The notes under the pieces were generated by a model. That model was given only the letters and a program-made list of their open reading frames with translations. It ran no database searches and was not told the origin of the DNA. DNA of 34,142 nt from a virus (taxonomy: Duplodnaviria; Caudoviricetes): positions 1 to 34,142 of the IMG/VR virus record IMGVR_UViG_3300002307_000142. One strand, given 5' to 3'. Below are positions 7,965 to 14,536 of the stretch, piece by piece. The position numbers and the translations under genes were made by a program. Position 1 is the stretch's first letter. Each line of letters starts with the position of its first letter.

Positions 7965-8074
7965 CGGGTGGTTTCGGCCGGGGTCGCCTGACCTGTCCCG
8001 GCATCCGCTCCCGTGGGGGATGCGGGGAACGACGCCCCGGCCGAAGTGGTCGATTGCTGGTCAGCGTTCGGCAT
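7826..8074 (-). CDS. array membrane peptide MPNADQQSTT + mini-element + single TM domain
   Basis: GLWWALAIGACLALAPGFYTAWAV is hydrophobic; paralogue of 8985-9155. Confidence 0.6.
   Translation of the reverse strand: MPNADQQSTTSAGASFPASPTGADAGTGQATPAETTRRGLWWALAIGACLALAPGFYTAWAVTTRGCNPFLDQSAHGAPLCR
7966..8050. mobile_element. MITE-like element, copy 2, perfect 11-bp TIRs and 5-bp GTGGT direct repeats
   Basis: GTGGT 7968-7972, TTCGGCCGGGG 7973-7983, CCCCGGCCGAA 8035-8045, GTGGT 8046-8050. Confidence 0.7.
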
Positions 8075-8573
8075 TGGCATCCCCCACATAATGCACCCAC
8101 GTCGCGCGCACCTCGGCCGCAACCTGATAGCCGTCGCCATCCTGCGCCGTGTTGGCGCTGTCCAGCAGCGCGCGGGCGACGCGCTTCCAGTCGATAGGGT
8201 CGGCTGGCGCGTATTTCACTACCCGCCCCATCCACTCGAAATGTTCAGCCATCTCGGCCGGCGCCATTTCCCGGTGCCCCCAACGCCACACCTGCGCATC
8301 AGCGCGCCAGGTCCAGATGACCGGCGGCATGTCATGGCCCGGCACGTCGCGGCGCCGGACCCAATGGTAGCCGCTGGCGTGACTGGGTACGCCTCGGCCA
8401 TCCCAAGCCGGTGAATTTTCACGGGCCGGTGGGCCGCTGGTCCGCTCCCACTCAGCCAAACCAGCCAAAATGGCCGGGTCGGCGGCAAGCTCTGCCGCCA
8501 GCGCGCGGTCAGCTTCGGTCGGTGAAAATTCACCGGCGGCGGTCGTCTTGGACTTGCTAGGGCTGTCGGTCAT
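8061..8573 (-). CDS. array protein MTDSPSKSKTT..., Trp-rich
   Basis: ATGA overlap with the upstream ORF; 170 aa open frame. Confidence 0.6.
   Translation of the reverse strand: MTDSPSKSKTTAAGEFSPTEADRALAAELAADPAILAGLAEWERTSGPPARENSPAWDGRGVPSHASGYHWVRRRDVPGHDMPPVIWTWRADAQVWRWGHREMAPAEMAEHFEWMGRVVKYAPADPIDWKRVARALLDSANTAQDGDGYQVAAEVRATWVHYVGDANAER
8407..8537. repeat. perfect 16-bp inverted repeat
   Basis: GCCGGTGAATTTTCAC (8407-8422) and GTGAAAATTCACCGGC (8522-8537). Confidence 0.85.
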
Positions 8574-8803
8574 AGCTTCCACCCCCGCAGTTCCATCAGC
8601 GCGGCGATCATGGCGACCACGTTGCCCGCCGCCATCGCCCGCGCTGCGGTGTCCAGGTCGTTCCTCATGGCAGCCACAGCCCAACCGCCGGCCGAGCCGA
8701 TCTGCTGGTACGTGGGGATCACCTGGTCGCGGACGCGGGCCATCTCGCGCGGCAGCGCGTCGCCCAAGGTCTCGGTGGTTTGCTGGGTTGGCGTGTCAGT
8801 CAC
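8570..8803 (-). CDS. array protein (V)TDTPTQQTT..., 77 aa helical
   Basis: GAGGG RBS, GTGA overlap; plausible helical protein LGDALPREMARVRDQVIP... Confidence 0.7.
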   Translation of the reverse strand: MTDTPTQQTTETLGDALPREMARVRDQVIPTYQQIGSAGGWAVAAMRNDLDTAARAMAAGNVVAMIAALMELRGWKL

Positions 8804-8994
8804 GGCGATTCCCTCATGCGGCGTGCCTTGAAGGCGTCAAAGCGCTCCGTGACGTAGCGCAGGCTAATCGCTGTCCCGCGTTCCAACACCTCTCCGCAAT
8901 CCTTGAACTGGTATTCGACTACGCGGGGGTCAGCTAAATTGTCGGCGCATAGTAGAAAGCGATCACCGCCGGTGGTTTGCTGATCTACTGGCAC
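8800..8994 (-). CDS. array protein (V)PVDQQTTGG...
   Basis: GGAG RBS and GTG at 8994; same first 8 residues as 7521-7835 but an unrelated body. Confidence 0.55.
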   Translation of the reverse strand: MPVDQQTTGGDRFLLCADNLADPRVVEYQFKDCGEVLERGTAISLRYVTERFDAFKARRMRESP

Positions 8995-9123
8995 AGCGGC
9001 GCTCCGTGGGCTGATTGGTCGAGGAACGGGTTGCAGCCCCGCGTGGTCACGAACCAGGCGGAGTAGAGGCCCGGCGCTAAGCCGATGGCGGCGCCGATGA
9101 CCATGGCCCACAGCAGGCCGCGC
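8970..9123. repeat. 154-bp direct repeat C, copy 2
   Basis: Matches 7811-7964. Confidence 0.92.
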
Positions 9124-9155
9124 AGGGCCCTATTCGGGCTCGATGTCTTCGGCAC
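8985..9155 (-). CDS. first array gene, 56-aa single-TM peptide overlapping the recombinase 3' end
   Basis: Translated by hand: (V)PKTSSPNRALRGLLWAMVIGAAIGLAPGLYSAWFVTTRGCNPFLDQSAHGAPLCQ*. Confidence 0.55.
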   Translation of the reverse strand: MPKTSSPNRALRGLLWAMVIGAAIGLAPGLYSAWFVTTRGCNPFLDQSAHGAPLCQ

Positions 9156-9771
9156 CTCGCTCATCGGCGGCTTCCTTCATCGCGTTGTACAGCGTGGTGC
9201 GGCCCACCTTCAGCCGGGCGGCAGCCTGGCGCACCGTCAGGCCCTCGCCGCCCTCGCTTTCGTCCGCGATCATGCGGCGCCCGGCCTGGACAATCTCGGG
9301 CGTCATCACCGGCTTCCGGCCGCCCACCCTGCCCCGGTCCCGCGCCGCAGCCAGGCCGGCCAGCGTGCGCTCCTGGATCATCTCGCGCTCCAGCTGCGCG
9401 AAGCTGCCCATCACGCCGAACATGAAGCGGCCCATGGGCGTGCTGGTGTCTATGGCCTCGGTCAGCACCCGCAGTCGGCACCCCTTGGCGTTCAGCCGTT
9501 CCGCAGTCTGGAGTAGCTGCGAGAGGTTCCGGCCCAGCCTGTCCAGCTTCCAGATGACCAGCGTGTCGCCGGCCCGCAGCGCCTTGAAGCAGGCCAGGAA
9601 GCCCGGCCGGTCCAGCGTCGCTCCGCTGGCCTTGTCCGTGTAGATCCGGGTCGCCTGCACCCCGGCCTTGGTCAGCGCGTCGGTCTGAAGCTCCAACCGC
9701 TGGTCGTCCGTGGAGACGCGGGCGTAGCCGATGGAGAGAGCGCCGGGTACCGGCTCGGTTGGGAAGGCCAT
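9130..9771 (-). CDS. small serine recombinase (Hin/Pin/Gin resolvase-invertase family) with C-terminal HTH
   Basis: IGYARVSTDDQ, DKASG, GDTLVIWKLDRLGRN, FAQLEREMIQERTLAGLAAARDRGRVGGRKP, HTH TVRQAAARLKVGRTTLY. Confidence 0.95.
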   Translation of the reverse strand: MAFPTEPVPGALSIGYARVSTDDQRLELQTDALTKAGVQATRIYTDKASGATLDRPGFLACFKALRAGDTLVIWKLDRLGRNLSQLLQTAERLNAKGCRLRVLTEAIDTSTPMGRFMFGVMGSFAQLEREMIQERTLAGLAAARDRGRVGGRKPVMTPEIVQAGRRMIADESEGGEGLTVRQAAARLKVGRTTLYNAMKEAADERGAEDIEPE

Positions 9772-9818
9772 TGCCACACTCTATCTGCGCGGCATTTGGC
9801 ACACTATCGCCGGAATGA

Positions 9819-9998
9819 TTATTTCTCATTTCGGGACGCCTTTCGGGACTCATTCTCCCGGCGCTTCAACTCGGCCTCGACCGCCTCGCGGATGAACGTC
9901 GCCATGCGGTGCGGCCCAACCAGGGCGACGATGCGCGAGCGCACGTCCTCCGTCAGCCGGACCATGGTGGCCTTCACATTGAGCGGTGGTCTTCCCAT
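9819..9998 (-). CDS. ribbon-helix-helix (CopG/Arc-like) regulator
   Basis: MGRPPLNVKATMVRLTEDVRSRIVALVG...MATFIREAVEAELKRRE: beta strand plus two helices. Confidence 0.7.
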   Translation of the reverse strand: MGRPPLNVKATMVRLTEDVRSRIVALVGPHRMATFIREAVEAELKRRENESRKASRNEK

Positions 9999-10005
9999 GC
10001 GCCCT

Positions 10006-10090
10006 GGCCTAACCGCTATCGGATATTCCGTCAAAGCCGCCCCATAACCGCAATCGGTTATTGACGTATAACCGCAACCGCTTATAGGGT
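10006..10090. promoter_or_regulatory. divergent promoters overlapped by three palindromic operators
   Basis: TAACCGCTATCGGATA 10010-10025, ATAACCGCAATCGGTTAT 10044-10061, ATAACCGCAACCGCTTAT 10068-10085. TTGACG on + at 10061-10066 and on - at 10029-10034. Confidence 0.7.
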
Positions 10091-10134
10091 GCAAGCACCA
10101 ACGCAGGCCGCGGCCTGAAACCCGGAGGCCAGCC

Positions 10135-10413
10135 TTGAGCATTACCGAAGCCGTCGCCAACACGAAGGCCGAGTTGGACGCGCTGCGCCAGCACAGCGAC
10201 TGGCCGACCGCCGTTGGTCTCATGGAACGCATCGGGCCGATGCTGGATGGCCAGACGCACGAGACGGCCATCATGGCGCTGGTCGGCACCCTCGGCCGCA
10301 CGCTACGCGCCCAGGCTGGCGCCGGGCCGGATGCCGCCATGCTCGGGGCAGTAGCGACGCTGGTGGACCAGATGTGGCGCCAGGCCCAGCTTGCCGCCGC
10401 TCCCCGCAACTGA
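10135..10413 (+). CDS. hypothetical protein
   Basis: GGAGG RBS with TTG start, downstream of the rightward promoter. Confidence 0.6.
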   Translation: MSITEAVANTKAELDALRQHSDWPTAVGLMERIGPMLDGQTHETAIMALVGTLGRTLRAQAGAGPDAAMLGAVATLVDQMWRQAQLAAAPRN

Positions 10414-10437
10414 CCTGAAAACCCCGGAGGCCCGCAC

Positions 10438-10668
10438 ATGCCACACGACAAGAAGGTCAGGCGTTATGCCAGCTATGCGCTGGACACCCTCGAAGATCAG
10501 ATTGCGTGCGCTGCCGCGACAATCGAGGATGCGTACATCATGGCAGGGGCCAACGATTACACCGCCAAGGAGTGTGTCGATTTGGCGGCCCGCGTAGTGC
10601 TGGCCGCGTTCTTCGGCGGAAAGGACGGCATGGCCACCAAGGCGACCATTAGGACGGACACGACGTAA
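10438..10668 (+). CDS. hypothetical protein
   Basis: GGAGG RBS with ATG. Confidence 0.6.
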   Translation: MPHDKKVRRYASYALDTLEDQIACAAATIEDAYIMAGANDYTAKECVDLAARVVLAAFFGGKDGMATKATIRTDTT

Positions 10669-10689
10669 ACCCCGCCCAGGAGGCCACCC

Positions 10690-10866
10690 ATGCCGCTGAT
10701 TGTCATGCTGTTGTTTGTCGGCAATCTCCACGGCGGCCCTGCCGTTATCCAGGGGTTTGATACGCTGGCGGCATGCGAAGCCGCTCGGCCTGTGGTCGCT
10801 CAAAATTTCCCCGGCGCCGGTTGGTCGCGTCCCGTGGATACCGCCTGCGTCGAGTTGCCACGGTAG
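10690..10866 (+). CDS. small secreted or membrane peptide, 58 aa, two Cys
   Basis: AGGAGG RBS; translated by hand: MPLIVMLLFVGNLHGGPAVIQGFDTLAACEAAR...TACVELPR*. Confidence 0.6.
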   Translation: MPLIVMLLFVGNLHGGPAVIQGFDTLAACEAARPVVAQNFPGAGWSRPVDTACVELPR

Positions 10867-10892
10867 CCACAAACGCACATCCAAGAACGCAG

Positions 10893-10930
10893 AAAAGCCG
10901 CCGCCAGGGTTTCCCCCAGCGGCGGCTTTG
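10893..10930. terminator. bidirectional intrinsic terminator
   Basis: AAAAGCCGCCGC-loop-GCGGCGGCTTT between convergent operons. Confidence 0.8.
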
Positions 10931-10948
10931 TCATGTTAGGGCGCGAGG

Positions 10949-11215
10949 TTACGGCGCGGCCACTACCTCGGCCACGCGCGCCAGGCGCGTGCGGCAATCC
11001 TCCCCGGCCTCGGCCAAATCCAGCACCCACCGCGCCAGCGTCGGATCATCAGCGCCCGCCCCCGGCGGTTCCGGCTGCGGCAGGCACGCCAGCAGCGACG
11101 GGGGCACGTCCAGCCGCAGCGTCTGTACCACCGGGGGCGGCGGGGCGGCGCAGGCCGTCCAGAGCGGCGCGCATAGCAGGAGACACCGCACAGGCGGTAG
11201 TGACGGGGGCAGCAT
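10949..11215 (-). CDS. Rz1: o-spanin lipoprotein (Rz1-like)
   Basis: Lipobox-like LWTAC, Pro-rich, overlaps the i-spanin 3' end in another frame. Confidence 0.75.
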   Translation of the reverse strand: MLPPSLPPVRCLLLCAPLWTACAAPPPPVVQTLRLDVPPSLLACLPQPEPPGAGADDPTLARWVLDLAEAGEDCRTRLARVAEVVAAP

Positions 11216-11495
11216 CTACGTTCCTCCGGGTTGGGGTCATGCGGGCGGTGCGGGCCGCGGCATCGCTCGCCTGCCGCTCTAGGGCGGTCACCTCGCGGGC
11301 GTGCAGGGCTTGCAGCTGCGCCAGCGCGGTATTGCGCTGCTGCACCGCGGCTAATGCCTCGGCCGCTTCCTGGCGGGCGCTGGCGGCGGCGTGGTGCTGC
11401 CACCAGGCGTAGAGGCCCAGGGCCAGCATGGCGGCGGCCAGCGCGGCCAGCAGGGCGGTGCGGAGCGCGGCGGGGATGGCGGCGAGGGCCAGCAT
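11049..11495 (-). CDS. Rz: i-spanin (Rz-like)
   Basis: N-terminal TM followed by coiled coil; directly after the endolysin. Confidence 0.75.
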   Translation of the reverse strand: MLALAAIPAALRTALLAALAAAMLALGLYAWWQHHAAASARQEAAEALAAVQQRNTALAQLQALHAREVTALERQASDAAARTARMTPTRRNVDAAPVTTACAVSPAMRAALDGLRRPAAPGGTDAAAGRAPVAAGVPAAAGTAGGGR

Positions 11496-12202
11496 CACGC
11501 GCCGCCCAGCACGGCCATCGCCAGCTTGTAGCGTGCCGTCACGTCGTCCAGCCCGATCAGCCCGCCATTCACCACCTTGCGGCAGCGCGCCAGGTCGCCG
11601 GTATCCGCGATCGTGTTGCAGCCGGCCAGGCGCCACCAGGCCGCCGCAGTATCGGCCGCGCCGGGCGGGGTCTGCATCTGCACTGCCAATGCCTCGGGCG
11701 TGGTTTCCAGTAGCCGGGCCAGCTTGCTGTACCCTGCCCTGCCGGTGACCTGCAGCAGCCCCCGTCCGCGCCACTGCCAGCCATCGCCGGGCATGGTGTT
11801 GCCGAGGTTCTTCGCGCCCCAGGCGCCGCCGTACACGATATTGGCCAAGCCGCGCTGGTCGGCCGGCTTGCCGTCCTGCCGGCAGCAGGCCAGGGCCTCC
11901 GGCGTCGCGCGGTCGCCGAAGGTCTGCCCGGCGCCGGCCGGCGAATAGTTCAGGTTCTCCACCAGCGTCCGGCCGCCGCCGGATTCGTGCCCGACGTTGG
12001 CGATGAACATGGCCAGCCGCTGCCGGTTCGTGATCTCGTTGACGCGGCAGGCATGGTCCAGCACCAGCGCCCAGACATCCGGCTGCACCCAGCCGAGGCG
12101 CTGGAGGTTGTCGGGGGTCACCAGCGGCACATCATGCGCGGCCGGGTGCGATACTTCGCCGATGCCCAGCGCGGCCCGCATCTCCTCCACCAGCGGGATC
12201 AC
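11495..12202 (-). CDS. endolysin, glycoside hydrolase family 19
   Basis: RLAMFIANVGHESGG...ENLNYS...GDGWQWRGRGLLQVTGRAGY...VNGGLIGLDD GH19 motifs. Confidence 0.9.
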   Translation of the reverse strand: MIPLVEEMRAALGIGEVSHPAAHDVPLVTPDNLQRLGWVQPDVWALVLDHACRVNEITNRQRLAMFIANVGHESGGGRTLVENLNYSPAGAGQTFGDRATPEALACCRQDGKPADQRGLANIVYGGAWGAKNLGNTMPGDGWQWRGRGLLQVTGRAGYSKLARLLETTPEALAVQMQTPPGAADTAAAWWRLAGCNTIADTGDLARCRKVVNGGLIGLDDVTARYKLAMAVLGGA

Positions 12203-12414
12203 GCGCCATCCCCCTTGCCGGGGTCGCGCATCAGCAGCAGCGGCAGCACCACGGCGGCCAGGGCGCCGCCCGCCGTCACGTCGCTGGCCCACCGCTGAAC
12301 CGCCTCGGCGCCGAAGATCAGGCCCGCGCCGGCCGCCAGGACCGCGAGGCCGATGGCCGTGGAACGCGGGTTGCCGAACACGCGCGCCTTCGCGCACGCG
12401 AGAATGTCGCGCAT
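12199..12414 (-). CDS. putative holin, 2 TM
   Basis: 71 aa with two hydrophobic helices, directly upstream of the endolysin. Confidence 0.6.
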   Translation of the reverse strand: MRDILACAKARVFGNPRSTAIGLAVLAAGAGLIFGAEAVQRWASDVTAGGALAAVVLPLLLMRDPGKGDGA

Positions 12415-12440
12415 GGGAACCTCCGATGCTGGTGGTGGTG

Positions 12441-12806
12441 TCAGCGGCCCGCTGGGCGGTCCATGATCGAGAGCAGCCGGGCAACCCCGGCCTCGATCCC
12501 GTTCAACTTCGTCTCGGTGCGCGCGCTGGACAGAGCCTGCGCCTCGGCTTGCTGGCGTAGCGCGGCGATCTCGGCAGCCTGTTGCCGGTCAACCGACTGC
12601 ATGTCGGCGGTCACCCGCTGCCAGCGTTCGACGCCGATGGCTTTCGCCGCTGCCAGGTCGCCAGCCACCTCGCGCACGTCGCGCTGCACGTTGGTCAGCA
12701 GCACGCCAACCGCGAAGGCGCCACTCACAACGATGGCGATCAGCGCGCCCACGGTCTTCAGGTTGAGCCAGAGGGACATGCGGGCGAGGTCGGGCATCGG
12801 CGGCAT
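12441..12806 (-). CDS. single-TM coiled-coil protein, holin/antiholin-like
   Basis: TVGALIAIVVSGAFAVGVLL TM plus coiled coil, at the start of the lysis cassette. Confidence 0.55.
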   Translation of the reverse strand: MPPMPDLARMSLWLNLKTVGALIAIVVSGAFAVGVLLTNVQRDVREVAGDLAAAKAIGVERWQRVTADMQSVDRQQAAEIAALRQQAEAQALSSARTETKLNGIEAGVARLLSIMDRPAGR

Positions 12807-12899
12807 GATCCGTCAACGGGTGGTGCGGAGGGGATGCGTCGAGCCATGGCGCGCGGTATGCGCCATCGCCCGTGAGCCCAGCGTGAAAGTCGGCATGGC

Positions 12900-13406
12900 C
12901 TAGTCCCGCGCTGCGCGGAGCAGCACGGTCAGGTCGCTGGTGCTGGCCGGTGTGATGGCACCGCGGGCGATCAGCAGCCCGAACAGGTTCGCGGTGCCGG
13001 AGACCGGCAGCAGCGGCAGCGTCAGCCCGCCCGCCTGGGCAAAGCTGGCGGTGCCCAGCGAGGTCCAGTCGGTCAACGCGATCTTGGCCACCGCCTTGGC
13101 ATAGTCGGCCGCCACGATGGCCACCGCCGCCTTGTCGGTGGTGGTGCTGCCTGTCGGGTTGGCGTTGAACAGCACCAGGTCAATCGCCGCGCTCTGCACC
13201 GCCTTGGATTGCAGCACGACCGACTGCACCGTGAACGATTTGTCGGCCGCCCGGGCAATGCCGGTGAAGGTCAGCAGCCCGCCCAGCACGTTGCCGCTGG
13301 CATAGGCCGCAGCCTGCACGGTCGGGCTGGCCGAGACGATGCCGATCTCGCCGCCGACCGCGCCGAGGTGCGCTTCCCCGGCCAGCAGGATGGATGAGGT
13401 TGCCAT
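12900..13406 (-). CDS. hypothetical beta-rich virion-associated protein
   Basis: GAGG RBS; Ala/Thr/Ser-rich; in the late operon. Confidence 0.6.
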   Translation of the reverse strand: MATSSILLAGEAHLGAVGGEIGIVSASPTVQAAAYASGNVLGGLLTFTGIARAADKSFTVQSVVLQSKAVQSAAIDLVLFNANPTGSTTTDKAAVAIVAADYAKAVAKIALTDWTSLGTASFAQAGGLTLPLLPVSGTANLFGLLIARGAITPASTSDLTVLLRAARD

Positions 13407-13415
13407 GGTCCGGCC

Positions 13416-14534
13416 TCAGGCGCTGGTGGTGGAGGAGAGCGCCGCGATCCAGCCGGATTGCGCGCCGAGCACGTCCGCGATGATCATGGTCTGGACGCGG
13501 TTGCCGTATTCGGTCTGGTGAATGTTGCCATCGGCGATGTGGTAGGTGAACGATCCGCCGACATCCACGCCGGCCGTGATCCGCGCCGTCTCGCGCGTGG
13601 TGATATCCACAAACGGCACGCCACAGTCGGATGCGGCATTCAGCGCATTCAGCCGGCGGGACGCGGAGCTGGACGCCAGCACCACCGCCGAGCCGTTCCA
13701 GTCGCCGCCGGTCGAGAAGTTGCACAGCGTGCGGCCGAGCACCGCGACGTATGGGCAGCCCAGCCACTGCAGGTACTTTACGATGGCACCGATGGTGCCG
13801 CGCGAGTTGATCGAGACAGTGGTTCCCGTGGTTGGTGCCGAACCCAGCGCCGTCACCAGGGTAATCGCGTCGCCGCTGACCGACTTCACCAGGCAGTTCG
13901 TGTTGCTTCCCACATCGATGTAGCTTCCGGCGCAGGCCATGGCCGCTGCCGCGCCGCTGGCCACGCTGAACGTGGTGGTGGTCGGCGCCGGGCTGGCCTG
14001 TACCGTGCTGCTGCCTTGGCTGTTGTCGTCATTGGTGCCCAGGGCCACCAGCGCCATGGCCGGCACGCCATACTGAAACCACCTCTGCCATTCGGCGAGA
14101 ACCTGCGTGGAGGTGTAGCCCTGGTGCCCGGCATTCTCGACCTGCACTTCAATGCCGCCGCCGCAGCCGATGATGCGCCAGCCGGCCGGCAGATCGGAAG
14201 GCGGCGCGCGGTCCAGCGTCAGCACGTCGCCGCTGCGGCCGTTGACGGTGTAGAAGGCGCCGCGGCGCCGGTTGGGCTGCTGCGCGGAACCCAGCGGCAC
14301 CAACGCGGCCGCCGGGAAGAACTGCACGCGCGTACCAGGCCGAAACAAGCTTCCGGCATCCATGCCAACCGTGACGGTAGACCCGCTGACGGAAACCACG
14401 GTCGAGTTGGCATCGCCGCGCAGCACGCGCTCCAACTGGCTTGGCCACATGTCGCTGACCACCACGCCCGCCGCCAGGTTGTGCGTCAGGCTGTCGCCCA
14501 GGCAGAGAATGCGGGCAGGCCCGAGAGTGCCCAT
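13416..14534 (-). CDS. SGNH/GDSL hydrolase (esterase) with inserted beta domains
   Basis: Blocks CLGDSLT, NAGHQG, LGTND and DGNIHQ. Confidence 0.85.
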   Translation of the reverse strand: MGTLGPARILCLGDSLTHNLAAGVVVSDMWPSQLERVLRGDANSTVVSVSGSTVTVGMDAGSLFRPGTRVQFFPAAALVPLGSAQQPNRRRGAFYTVNGRSGDVLTLDRAPPSDLPAGWRIIGCGGGIEVQVENAGHQGYTSTQVLAEWQRWFQYGVPAMALVALGTNDDNSQGSSTVQASPAPTTTTFSVASGAAAAMACAGSYIDVGSNTNCLVKSVSGDAITLVTALGSAPTTGTTVSINSRGTIGAIVKYLQWLGCPYVAVLGRTLCNFSTGGDWNGSAVVLASSSASRRLNALNAASDCGVPFVDITTRETARITAGVDVGGSFTYHIADGNIHQTEYGNRVQTMIIADVLGAQSGWIAALSSTTSA

Positions 14535-14536
14535 GG

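Noticed and set aside
7811-9123. diversity-generating retroelement TR/VR pair
   Set aside because: No reverse transcriptase in the window, and the mismatches between copies are not restricted to adenines.
6500-9130. CRISPR array or classical integron attC array
   Set aside because: No constant-length repeats or spacers, no cas genes, no consistent RYYYAAC/GTTRRRY attC hairpins. The tyrosine recombinase looks like a phage integrase, not IntI.
9130-9771. Gin/Cin-type tail-fibre inversion system or shufflon
   Set aside because: The recombinase is more than 5 kb from the fibre genes. I saw no inverted fibre copy or gix-like inverted sites, and all array motifs are in direct orientation.
9985-9993. 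extra array junction (minus AAGACCACC) inside the RHH gene
   Set aside because: It is read in a different frame (GRPP), lies upstream of the recombinase and has no associated repeat; probably chance.
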